The notes under the pieces are model-generated. The model searched no databases and was not told where the DNA came from. It saw nothing but the letters and a program-made list of their open reading frames with translations. A stretch of DNA of 64,000 nt from Eledone cirrhosa (lineage: Eukaryota). Location of the stretch: NCBI GenBank assembly GCA_964016885.1, contig OZ024742.1, positions 337,466,001-337,530,000 of the forward strand, written 5' to 3'. Below are positions 39,059 to 52,800 of the stretch, piece by piece. A program made the position numbers and the translations under genes. The first letter of the stretch is position 1; the number at the start of each line of letters is the position of its first letter.

Positions 39059-39320
39059 AATACTTTGTCCAAATTTCTATACTGGCTTGATTGAGATTTC
39101 AGTTTTGTATGAAGCTTTTACAACTGGATGATTTTAACTCTTTATGTTGCAACCAATGGATGAATGGAGGGGGTCATATAATAACCTTCTATTGACTGGT
39201 TTGTGGTTATTTTGGCCACTACATACACATCATCATCATGTTACATCAGCTTTTCCTTGCTTGCACAGCCTCCTATATAACAGGTGAGATATTGGATATA
39301 TCAGGATGATATTCAGTTAC

Positions 39321-39408
39321 CTTCATTTTCTCTATCAAAGCCACAGACAACACCTCGTGCACCATTGACAAGACCTCGTTGTAAGTCCAAGTTCTTTGTC
39401 AACATAAC
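39321..39408 (-). CDS. PIF1: PIF1 helicase exon (VMLTKNLDLQRGLVNGARGVVCGFDRENEG)
   Basis: Canonical AG/GT. Carries the conserved PIF1 motif VML.KNL...GLVNGARGVV.GF. Confidence 0.95.
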
Positions 39409-40048
39409 CTGAAAGATAAGAATTTAAAATATCCATTAAATACAAGATTATTAATTGAATTCATTAACCATTCCCACTCTCTCTACCCCACCACCACCTC
39501 CCACTCTCTCTACCCCACCACTACATCCCACTCTCTCTACCCCACTACTACCTCCTATATACTCTATATCTCTCTACTCCTCTCCTGTCTCTCACATTAC
39601 ACCCTCCCTTCACCCCATGCCACTGTATAACTTCATCACACCTATGATGCCAAATTTGCTATCCATCTTAAGCTTCACTTGCTATTATCACCTCTGGACA
39701 TATCTGACCTGGAACAGGGTATCTTTTTCCCTAGGGTAGAGAATCAAATACTAATGCAATCCCTAGTCCCAGTACACTAATATATGTTCGTAGTAACCCT
39801 CTGTAAAGAAGATAATGTTAAGAAGAGTGCCCAGCTGTAGAAACCAAGCCCAAACCACAACAGAGACATGGCCCTCGGCCTTTGAGTGGACAGTAGTTCT
39901 GATACAGTACTGATACCATCTGTGACAACTTGTCCAAGCCAAGAGCTAAACAATAACAACAATCTTAGGTCTGCAGAGTCAGGGCTAATCTAGAGTTAAA
40001 TAACCACAAATTTAAGTCTACCTCGATTGGATGACCTAGGATTCTATG

Positions 40049-40443
40049 CCACCACCACCATCACCACAACCACTACCACCAACAACATCACATCACCACC
40101 ACACCAACATCACATCAATGCACTGCCACTACCACCATCACTCTCACCAACTCCACACCACCACTACCACCATCACCACCACCACCATGACCATCATCAA
40201 CAGCACACCACAACCACAATCAACACCACACCACTACAATCAGTACCACAGGAACACCAACACCATCACCACTATAATCAACATCACTACCAATACAATC
40301 ACCACCTCACTACCACCACTACGATCATCAACACAACCACCAACACTACACCACCATAATCAACACCACATCATCACCTACTACCAGCACTACCATCATC
40401 AACAACACCACCACCCCAACCATCAACACCACAACCATCATCA
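40049..40443. repeat. Degenerate (CAC/CAT/CAA)n low-complexity tract abutting a PIF1 donor site
   Basis: Trinucleotide-derived composition; it explains the poly-His/Thr ORFs. Confidence 0.9.
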
Positions 40444-40446
40444 TAC

Positions 40447-40547
40447 CTGAGTTCCAATTTTGAGTCTCAATTTCTGCTCCACAGGACAGTGGTCCCCCTC
40501 AGATACATATTCATTGTTACAAGTGGCTTTAAATTCACTGTATTCTC
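40447..40547 (-). CDS. PIF1: PIF1 helicase internal exon ((G)EYSEFKATCNNEYVSEGDHCPVEQKLRLKIGTQ)
   Basis: Minus-strand tttcag acceptor and GTATGA donor. CPVxxxLxLKxGxQ matches the PIF1 2B-domain segment. Phase is compatible with the next exon. Confidence 0.9.
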
Positions 40548-40810
40548 CTGAAACAGAGAAGTTATGTTACAGAAATATTACTAATGTTTGTCCCACTATC
40601 AACTCTCCCATTTCTAACTGTCCTAATGTTAAATGTCTCATTTCTAGCTGTCCCACTTTCTAACTGTCCCAATGTTAAAGATAAGTAAGAACTCTGAAAT
40701 ACATCTATACAGTGGTCTTACACAGATAGTGATGGAGCTTTTATAGGATTACAGCTGGAAATATTCACAGCAAGACTAAACATATGTTTATTATAAATAA
40801 ACATATGGAT

Positions 40811-43800
40811 GACACTATATATGTGAAGACCAGACATTGTCAGCTAGTCATGGTCCAGAACACACTATATATGTGAAGACCAGACATTGTCAGCTAGTCA
40901 TGGTCCAGAACACACTATATGTGTGAAGACCAGACATTGTCAGCTAGTCATGGTCCAGAAGACACTATGTATGTGAAGACTACACAGTGTTGTTAGTCAT
41001 GGTCCAGTAGACACTATATATGTGAAGACTAGACATTGTCAGCTAGTCATGGTCCAGTAGACACTATATATGTGAAGACCAGACATTGTCAGCTAGTCAT
41101 GGTCCAGTAGACACTATATATGTGAAGACTAGACATTGTCAGCTAGTCATGGTCCAGAACACACTATATATGTGAAGACTAGACATTGTCAGCTAGTCAT
41201 GGTCCAGAGGACACTATATATGTGAAGACCAGACATTGTCAGCTAGTCATGGTCCAGTAGACACTATATATGTGAAGTCTAGACATTGTCAGCTAGTCAT
41301 GGTCCAGTAGACACTATATAAGTGAAGACCAGACATTGTCAGCTAGTCATGATCTAGTAGACACTATATATGTGAAGACCAGACATTGTCAGCTAGTCAT
41401 GGTCCAGTAGACACTATATATGTGAAGTTTAGACATTGTCAGCTAGTCATGGTCCAGTAGACACTATATAAGTGAAGACCAGACATTGTCAGCTAGTCAT
41501 GGTCTAGTAGACACTATATATGTGAAGACCAGACATTGTCAGCTAGTCATGGTCCAGAATACACTATGTATGTGAAGACTAGACATTGTCAGCTAGTCAT
41601 GGTCCAGTAGACACTATATATGTGAAGACCAGACATTGTCAGCTAGTCATGGTCCAGAAGACACTATATATGTGAAGACCAGACATTGTCAGCTAGTCAT
41701 GGTCCAGTAGACACTATATATGTGAAGACCAGACATTGTCAGCTAGTCATGGTCTAGTAGACACTATATATGTGAAGACCAGACATTGTCAGCTAGTCAT
41801 GGTCCAGAAGACACTATATATGTGAAGACCAGACATTGCCAGCCAGTCATGGTCTAGTAGACACTATATATGTGAAGACCAGACATTGTCAGCTAGTCAT
41901 GGTCCAGAACACACTATATATGTGAAGACTAGACATTGTCAGCTAGTCATGGTCCAGTAGACACTATATATGTGAAGACCAGACATTGTCAGCTAGTCAT
42001 GGTCCAGAACACACTATATATGTGAAGACCAGACATTGTCAGCTAGTCATGGTCCAGAAGACACTATATATGTGAAGACCCGACATTGTCAGCTAGTCAT
42101 GGTCCAGTAGACACTATATATGTGAAGACTAGACATTGTCAGCTAGTCATGGTCCAGAACACACTATATATGTGAAGACTAGACATTGTCAGCTAGTCAT
42201 GGTCCAGAGGACACTATATATGTGAAGACCAGACATTGTCAGCTAGTCATGGTCCAGTAGACACTATATATGTGAAGTCTAGACATTGTCAGCTAGTCAT
42301 GGTCCAGTAGACACTATATATGTGAAGACCAGACATTGTCAGCTAGTCATGATCTAGTAGACACTATATATGTGAAGACTAGACATTGTCAGCTAGTCAT
42401 GGTCCAGAACACACTATATATGTGAAGACCAGACATTGTCAGCTAGTCATGGTCCAGAATACACTATGTATGTGAAGACTAGACATTGTCAGCTAGTCAT
42501 GGTCCAGTAGACACTATATATGTGAAGACCAGACATTGTCAGCTAGTCATGGTCCAGAAGACACTATATATGTGAAGACCAGACATTGTCAGCTAGTCAT
42601 GGTCCAGTAGACACTATATATGTGAAGACCAGACATTGTCAGCTAGTCATGGTCTAGTAGACACTATAAATGTGAAGACCAGACATTGTCAGCTAGTCAT
42701 GGTCCAGAAGACACTATATATGTGAAGACCAGACATTGCCAGCCAGTCATGGTCTAGTAGACACTATATATGTGAAGACCAGACATTGTCAGCTAGTCAT
42801 GGTCCAGAACACACTATATATGTGAAGACTAGACATTGTCAGCTAGTCATGGTCCAGTAGACACTATATATGTGAAGACCAGACATTGTCAGTTAGTCAT
42901 GGTCCAGAACACACTATATATATGAAGACCAGACATTGTCAGCTAGTCATGGTCCAGAAGACACTATATATGTGAAGACCAGACATTGTCAGCTAGTCAT
43001 GGTCCAGTAGACACTATATATGTGAAGACCAGACATTGTCAGCTAGTCATGGTCCAGTAGACACTATATATGTGAAGACCAGACATTGTCAGCTAGTCAT
43101 GGTCCAGTAGACACTATATATGTGAAGACTAGACATTGTCAGCTAGTCATGGTCCAGTAGACACTATATATGTGAAGACTAGACATTGTCAGCTAGTCAT
43201 GGTCCAGTAGACACTATATATGTGAAGACCAGACATTGTCAGCTAGTCATGGTCCAGTAGACACTATAGATGTGAAGACTAGACATTGTCAGCTAGTCAT
43301 GGTCCAGAACACACTATGTATGTGAAGACTAGACATTGTCAGCTAGTCATGGTCCAGCAGACACTATGTATGTGAAGACTAGACATTGTCAGCTAGTCAT
43401 GGTCCAGCAGACACTATATATGTGAAGACTAGACATTGTCAGCTAGTCATGGTCCAGAACACACTATGTATGTGAAGACCAGACATTGTCAGCTAGTCAT
43501 GGTCCAGAACACACTATATATGTGAAGACTAGACATTGTCAGCTAGTCATGGTCCAGAAGACACTATGTATGTGAAGACTACACATTGTTGTTAGTCATG
43601 GTCCAGTAGAGACTATATATGTGAAGACTAGACATTGTCAGCTAGTCATGGTCCAGTAGACACTATATATGTGAAGACCATACATTGTCAGCTAGTCATG
43701 TTCCAGAAGACACTATATATGTGAAGACTACACATTGTTGTTAGTCATGGTCCAGTAGACACTATATATGTGAAGACCAGACATTGTCAGCTAGTCATGG

Positions 43801-46800
43801 TCCAGAAGACACGATATATGTGAAGACCAGACATTGTCAGCTAGTCATGGTCCAGAAGACACTATATATGTGAAGACTAGACATTGTCAGCTAGTCATGG
43901 TCCAGTAGACACTATATATGTGAAGACTAGACATTGTCAGCTAGTCATGGTCCAGAAGACACTATATATGTGAAGACCAGACATTGTCAGCTAGTCATGG
44001 TCCAGAAGACACTATATATGTGAAGACTAGACATTGTCAGCTAGTCATGGTCCAGAAGACACTATATATGTGAAGACCAGACATTGTCAGCTAGTCATGG
44101 TCTAGTAGACACTATATATGTGAAGACCAGACATTGTCAGCTAGTCATGGTCCAGAACACACTATATATGTGAAGACTAGACATTGTCAGCTAGTCATGG
44201 TCCAGTAGACACTATATATGTGACGACCAGACATTGTCAGCTAGTCATGGTCCAGAACACACTATATATGTGAAGACCAGACATTGTCAGCTAGTCATGG
44301 TCCAGAAGACACTATATATGCGAAGACCAGACATTGTCAGCTAGTCATGGTCCAGTAGACACTATATATGTGAAGACCAGACATTGTCAGCTAGTCATGG
44401 TCTAGTAGACACTATATATGTGAAGACCAGACATTGTCAGCTAGTCATGGTCCAGAAGACACTATATATGTGAACACCAGACATTGTCAGCTAGTCATGG
44501 TCCAGTAGACACTATATATGTGAAGACCAGACATTGTCAGCTAGTCATGGTCTAATAAACACTATATATGTGAAGACCAGACATTGTCAGCTAGTCATGG
44601 TCCAGAAGACACTATATATGTGAAGACCAGACATTGCCAGCCAGTCATGGTCTAGTAGACACTATATATGTGAAGACTAGACATTGTCAGCTAGTCATGG
44701 TCCAGAAGACACTATGTATGTGAAGACTACACATTGTTGTTAGTCATGGTCCAGTAGAGACTATATATGTGAAGACTAGACATTGTCAGCTAGTCATGGT
44801 CCAGTAGACACTATATATGTGAAGACTAGACATTGTCAGCTAGTCATGGTCCAGAACACACTATGTATGTGAAGACCAGACATTGTCAGCTAGTCATGGT
44901 CCAGAACACACTATATATGTGAAGACTAGACATTGTCAGCTAGTCATGGTCCAGAAGACACTATGTATGTGAAGACTACACATTGTTGTTAGTCATGGTC
45001 CAGTAGAGACTATATATATGAAGACTAGACATTGTCAGCTAGTCATGGTCCAGAAGACACTATATGTGTGAAGACCAGACATTGTCAGCTAGTCATGGTC
45101 CAGAAGACACTATATATGTGAAGACTAGACATTGTCAGCTAGTCATGGTCTAGTAGACACTATATATGTGAAGACCAGACATTGTCAGCTAGTCATGGTC
45201 CAGAAGACACTATATATGTGAAGACTAGACATTGTCAGCTAGTCATGGTCCAGAACACACTATGTATGTGAAGACCAGACATTGTCAGCTAGTCATGGTC
45301 CAGAACAAACTATATATGTGAAGACTAGACATTGTCAGCTAGTCATGGTCCAGAAGACACTATGTATGTGAAGACTACACATTGTTGTTAGTCATGGTCC
45401 AGTAGAGACTATATATGTGAAGACTAAACATTGTCAGCTAGTCATGGTCCAGTAGACACTATATATGTGAAGACCATACATTGTCAGCTAGTCATGTTCC
45501 AGAAGACACTATATACGTGAAGACTACACATTGTTGTTAGTCATGGTCCAGTAGACACTATATATGTGAAGACCAGACATTGTCAGCTAGTCATGGTCCA
45601 GAAGAAACGATATATGTGAAGACCAGACATTGTCAGCTAGTCATGGTCCAGAAGACACTATATATGCGAAGACTAGACATTGTCAGCTAGTCATGGTCCA
45701 GTAGACACTATATATGTGAAGACTAGACATTGTCAGCTAGTCATGGTCCAGAAGACACTATATATGTGAAGACCAGACATTGTCAGCTAGTCATGGTCCA
45801 GAAGACACTATATATGTGAAGACTAGACATTGTCAGCTAGTCATGGTCCAGAAGACACTATATATGTGAAGACCAGACATTGTCAGCTAGTCATGGTCTA
45901 GTAGACACTATATATGTGAAGACCAGACATTGTCAGCTAGTCATGGTCCAGAAGACACTATATATGTGAAGACTAGACATTGTCAGCTAGTCATGGTCCA
46001 GTAGACACTATATATGTGAAGACTAGACATTGTCAGCTAGTCATGGTCCAGAAGACACTATATATGTGAAGACCAGACATTGTCAGCTAGTCATGGTCCA
46101 GAAGACACTATATATGTGAAGACTAGACATTGTCAGCTAGTCATGGTCCAGAAGACACTATATATGTGAAGACCAGACATTGTCAGCTAGTCATGGTCTA
46201 GTAGACACTATATATGTGAAGACCAGACATTGTCAGCTAGTCATGGTCCAGAACACACTATATATGTGAAGACTAGACATTGTCAGCTAGTCATGGTCCA
46301 GTAGACACTATATATGTGACGACCAGACATTGTCAGCTAGTCATGGTCCAGAACACACTATATATGTGAAGACCAGACATTGTCAGCTAGTCATGGTCCA
46401 GAAGACACTATATATGCGAAGACCAGACATTGTCAGCTAGTCATGGTCCAGTAGACACTATATATGTGAAGACCAGACATTGTCAGCTAGTCATGGTCTA
46501 GTAGACACTATATATGTGAAGACCAGACATTGTCAGCTAGTCATGGTCCAGAAGACACTATATATGTGAACACCAGACATTGTCAGCTAGTCATGGTCCA
46601 GTAGACACTATATATGTGAAGACCAGACATTGTCAGCTAGTCATGGTCTAATAAACACTATATATGTGAAGACCAGACATTGTCAGCTAGTCATGGTCCA
46701 GAAGACACTATATATGTGAAGACCAGACATTGCCAGCCAGTCATGGTCTAGTAGACACTATATATGTGAAGACTAGACATTGTCAGCTAGTCATGGTCCA

Positions 46801-49800
46801 GAAGACACTATGTATGTGAAGACTACACATTGTTGTTAGTCATGGTCCAGTAGAGACTATATATGTGAAGACTAGACATTGTCAGCTAGTCATGGTCCAG
46901 TAGACACTATATATGTGAAGACTAGACATTGTCAGCTAGTCATGGTCCAGAACACACTATGTATGTGAAGACCAGACATTGTCAGCTAGTCATGGTCCAG
47001 AACACACTATATATGTGAAGACTAGACATTGTCAGCTAGTCATGGTCCAGAAGACACTATGTATGTGAAGACTACACATTGTTGTTAGTCATGGTCCAGT
47101 AGAGACTATATATATGAAGACTAGACATTGTCAGCTAGTCATGGTCCAGAAGACACTATATGTGTGAAGACCAGACATTGTCAGCTAGTCATGGTCCAGA
47201 AGACACTATATATGTGAAGACTAGACATTGTCAGCTAGTCATGGTCTAGTAGACACTATATATGTGAAGACCAGACATTGTCAGCTAGTCATGGTCCAGA
47301 AGACACTATATATGTGAAGACTAGACATTGTCAGCTAGTCATGGTCCAGAACACACTATGTATGTGAAGACCAGACATTGTCAGCTAGTCATGGTCCAGA
47401 ACAAACTATATATGTGAAGACTAGACATTGTCAGCTAGTCATGGTCCAGAAGACACTATGTATGTGAAGACTACACATTGTTGTTAGTCATGGTCCAGTA
47501 GAGACTATATATGTGAAGACTAAACATTGTCAGCTAGTCATGGTCCAGTAGACACTATATATGTGAAGACCATACATTGTCAGCTAGTCATGTTCCAGAA
47601 GACACTATATACGTGAAGACTACACATTGTTGTTAGTCATGGTCCAGTAGACACTATATATGTGAAGACCAGACATTGTCAGCTAGTCATGGTCCAGAAG
47701 ACACGATATATGTGAAGACCAGACATTGTCAGCTAGTCATGGTCCAGAAGACACTATATATGCGAAGACTAGACATTGTCAGCTAGTCATGGTCCAGTAG
47801 ACACTATATATGTGAAGACTAGACATTGTCAGCTAGTCATGGTCCAGAAGACACTATATATGTGAAGACCAGACATTGTCAGCTAGTCATGGTCCAGAAG
47901 ACACTATATATGTGAAGACTAGACATTGTCAGCTAGTCATGGTCCAGAAGACACTATATATGTGAAGACCAGACATTGTCAGCTAGTCATGGTCTAGTAG
48001 ACACTATATATGTGAAGACCAGACATTGTCAGCTAGTCATGGTCCAGAAGACACTATATATGTGAAGACTAGACATTGTCAGCTAGTCATGGTCCAGTAG
48101 ACACTATATATGTGAAGACTAGACATTGTCAGCTAGTCATGGTCCAGAAGACACTATATATGTGAAGACCAGACATTGTCAGCTAGTCATGGTCCAGAAG
48201 ACACTATATATGTGAAGACTAGACATTGTCAGCTAGTCATGGTCCAGAAGACACTATATATGTGAAGACCAGACATTGTCAGCTAGTCATGGTCTAGTAG
48301 ACACTATATATGTGAAGACCAGACATTGTCAGCTAGTCATGGTCCAGAACACACTATATATGTGAAGACTAGACATTGTCAGCTAGTCATGGTCCAGTAG
48401 ACACTATATATGTGACGACCAGACATTGTCAGCTAGTCATGGTCCAGAACACACTATATATGTGAAGACCAGACATTGTCAGCTAGTCATGGTCCAGAAG
48501 ACACTATATATGCGAAGACCAGACATTGTCAGCTAGTCATGGTCCAGTAGACACTATATATGTGAAGACCAGACATTGTCAGCTAGTCATGGTCTAGTAG
48601 ACACTATATATGTGAAGACCAGACATTGTCAGCTAGTCATGGTCCAGAAGACACTATATATGTGAACACCAGACATTGTCAGCTAGTCATGGTCCAGTAG
48701 ACACTATATATGTGAAGACCAGACATTGTCAGCTAGTCATGGTCTAATAAACACTATATATGTGAAGACCAGACATTGTCAGCTAGTCATGGTCCAGAAG
48801 ACACTATATATGTGAAGACCAGACATTGCCAGCCAGTCATGGTCTAGTAGACACTATATATGTGAAGACTAGACATTGTCAGCTAGTCATGGTCCAGAAG
48901 ACACTATGTATGTGAAGACTACACATTGTTGTTAGTCATGGTCCAGTAGAGACTATATATGTGAAGACTAGACATTGTCAGCTAGTCATGGTCCAGTAGA
49001 CACTATATATGTGAAGACTAGACATTGTCAGCTAGTCATGGTCCAGAACACACTATGTATGTGAAGACCAGACATTGTCAGCTAGTCATGGTCCAGAACA
49101 CACTATATATGTGAAGACTAGACATTGTCAGCTAGTCATGGTCCAGAAGACACTATGTATGTGAAGACTACACATTGTTGTTAGTCATGGTCCAGTAGAG
49201 ACTATATATATGAAGACTAGACATTGTCAGCTAGTCATGGTCCAGAAGACACTATATGTGTGAAGACCAGACATTGTCAGCTAGTCATGGTCCAGAAGAC
49301 ACTATATATGTGAAGACTAGACATTGTCAGCTAGTCATGGTCTAGTAGACACTATATATGTGAAGACCAGACATTGTCAGCTAGTCATGGTCCAGAAGAC
49401 ACTATATATGTGAAGACTAGACATTGTCAGCTAGTCATGGTCCAGAACACACTATGTATGTGAAGACCAGACATTGTCAGCTAGTCATGGTCCAGAACAA
49501 ACTATATATGTGAAGACTAGACATTGTCAGCTAGTCATGGTCCAGAAGACACTATGTATGTGAAGACTACACATTGTTGTTAGTCATGGTCCAGTAGAGA
49601 CTATATATGTGAAGACTAAACATTGTCAGCTAGTCATGGTCCAGTAGACACTATATATGTGAAGACCATACATTGTCAGCTAGTCATGTTCCAGAAGACA
49701 CTATATACGTGAAGACTACACATTGTTGTTAGTCATGGTCCAGTAGACACTATATATGTGAAGACCAGACATTGTCAGCTAGTCATGGTCCAGAAGACAC

Positions 49801-52800
49801 GATATATGTGAAGACCAGACATTGTCAGCTAGTCATGGTCCAGAAGACACTATATATGCGAAGACTAGACATTGTCAGCTAGTCATGGTCCAGTAGACAC
49901 TATATATGTGAAGACTAGACATTGTCAGCTAGTCATGGTCCAGAAGACACTATATATGTGAAGACCAGACATTGTCAGCTAGTCATGGTCCAGAAGACAC
50001 TATATATGTGAAGACTAGACATTGTCAGCTAGTCATGGTCCAGAAGACACTATATATGTGAAGACCAGACATTGTCAGCTAGTCATGGTCTAGTAGACAC
50101 TATATATGTGAAGACCAGACATTGTCAGCTAGTCATGGTCCAGAACACACTATATATGTGAAGACTAGACATTGTCAGCTAGTCATGGTCCAGTAGACAC
50201 TATATATGTGACGACCAGACATTGTCAGCTAGTCATGGTCCAGAACACACTATATATGTGAAGACCAGACATTGTCAGCTAGTCATGGTCCAGAAGACAC
50301 TATATATGTGAAGACCAGACATTGTCAGCTAGTCATGGTCCAGTAGACACTATATATGTGAAGACCAGACATTGTCAGCTAGTCATGGTCTAGTAGACAC
50401 TATATATGTGAAGACCAGACATTGTCAGCTAGTCATGGTCCAGAAGACACTATATATGTGAAGACCAGACATTGTCAGCTAGTCATGGTCCAGTAGACAC
50501 TATATATGTGAAGACCAGACATTGTCAGCTAGTCATGGTCTAGTAGACACTATATATGTGAAGACCAGACATTGTCAGCTAGTCATGGTCCAGAAGACAC
50601 TATATATGTGAAGACCAGACATTGCCAGCCAGTCATGGTCCAGAAGACACTATATGTGAATACTAGACATTATCAGCTAGTCATGGTCCAGAAGACACTA
50701 TATGTGTGAAGACTAGACATTGTCAGCTAGTCATGGTCCAGAAGACACTATATGTGTGAAGACCAGACATTGTCAGCTAGTCATGGTCCAGAAGACACTA
50801 TATATGTGAAGACTAGACATTGTCAGCTAGTCATGGTCTAGTAGACACTATATATGTGAAGACCAGACATTGTCAGCTAGTCATGGTCCAGAAGACACTA
50901 TATATGTGAAGACTAGACATTGTCAGCTAGTCATGGTCCAGAACACACTATGTATGTGAAGACCAGACATTGTCAGCTAGTCATGGTCCAGAACAAACTA
51001 TATATGTGAAGACTAGACATTGTCAGCTAGTCATGGTCCAGAAGACACTATGTATGTGAAGACTACACATTGTTGTTAGTCATGGTCCAGTAGAGACTAT
51101 ATATGTGAAGACTAGACATTGTCAGCTAGTCATGGTCCAGTAGACACTATATATGTGAAGACCATACATTGTCAGCTAGTCATGGTCCAGTAGACACTAT
51201 ATATGTGAAGACCAGACATTGTCAGCTAGTCATGGTCTAGTAGACACTATATATGTGAAGACCAGACATTGTCAGCTAGTCATGGTCCAGAAGACACTAT
51301 ATATGTGAAGACCAGACATTGCCAGCCAGTCATGGTCCAGAAGACACTATATGTGAATACTAGACATTATCAGCTAGTCATGGTCCAGAAGACACTATAT
51401 GTGTGAAGACTAGACATTGTCAGCTAGTCATGGTCCAGAAGACACTATATGTGTGAAGACCAGACATTGTCAGCTAGTCATGGTCCAGAAGACACTATAT
51501 ATGTGAAGACTAGACATTGTCAGCTAGTCATGGTCTAGTAGACACTATATATGTGAAGACCAGACATTGTCAGCTAGTCATGGTCCAGAAGACACTATAT
51601 ATGTGAAGACTAGACATTGTCAGCTAGTCATGGTCCAGAACACACTATGTATGTGAAGACCAGACATTGTCAGCTAGTCATGGTCCAGAACAAACTATAT
51701 ATGTGAAGACTAGACATTGTCAGCTAGTCATGGTCCAGAAGACACTATGTATGTGAAGACTACACATTGTTGTTAGTCATGGTCCAGTAGAGACTATATA
51801 TGTGAAGACTAGACATTGTCAGCTAGTCATGGTCCAGTAGACACTATATATGTGAAGACCATACATTGTCAGCTAGTCATGTTCCAGAAGACACTATATA
51901 CGTGAAGACTACACATTGTTGTTAGTCATGGTCCAGTAGACACTATATATGTGAAGACCAGACATTGTCAGCTAGTCATGGTCCAGAAGACACGATATAT
52001 GTGAAGACCAGACATTGTCAGCTAGTCATGGTCCAGAAGACACTATATGTGAAGACTAGACATTGTCAGCTAGTCATGGTCCAGTAGACACTATATATGT
52101 GAAGACTAGACATTGTCAGCTAGTCATGGTCCAGAAGACACTATATATGTGAAGACCAGACATTGTCAGCTAGTCATGGTCCAGAAGACACTATATATGT
52201 GAAGACTAGACATTGTCAGCTAGTCATGATCCAGAAGACACTATATATGTGAAGACCAGACATTGTCAGCTAGTCATGGTCTAGTAGACACTATATATGT
52301 GAAGACCAGACATTGTCAGCTAGTCATGGTCCAGAACACACTATATATGTGAAGACTAGACATTGTCAGCTAGTCATGGTCCAGTAGACACTATATATGT
52401 GACGACCAGACATTGTCAGCTAGTCATGGTCCAGAAGACACTATATATGTGAAGACCAGACATTGTCAGCTAGTCATGGTCCAGTAGACACTATATATGT
52501 GAAGACCAGACATTGTCAGCTAGTCATGGTCTAGTAGACACTATATATGTGAAGACCAGACATTGTCAGCTAGTCATGGTCCAGAAGACACTATATATGT
52601 GAAGACCAGACATTGTCAGCTAGTCATGGTCCAGTAGACACTATATATGTGAAGACCAGACATTGTCAGCTAGTCATGGTCTAGTAGACACTATATATGT
52701 GAAGACCAGACATTGTCAGCTAGTCATGGTCCAGAAGACACTATATATGTGAAGACCAGACATTGCCAGCCAGTCATGGTCCAGAAGACACTATATGTGA

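Noticed and set aside
40027-40450. His/Thr-rich ORFs (110 and 134 aa)
   Set aside because: Artefacts of a (CAC)n-derived low-complexity tract inside a PIF1 intron.
30882-40547. Helitron-encoded Pif1-like helicase
   Set aside because: The motifs closely follow cellular PIF1 (GLVNGARG, LAWAISIHKSQGMTLD), with a cellular-type exon layout and no Rep domain in view.
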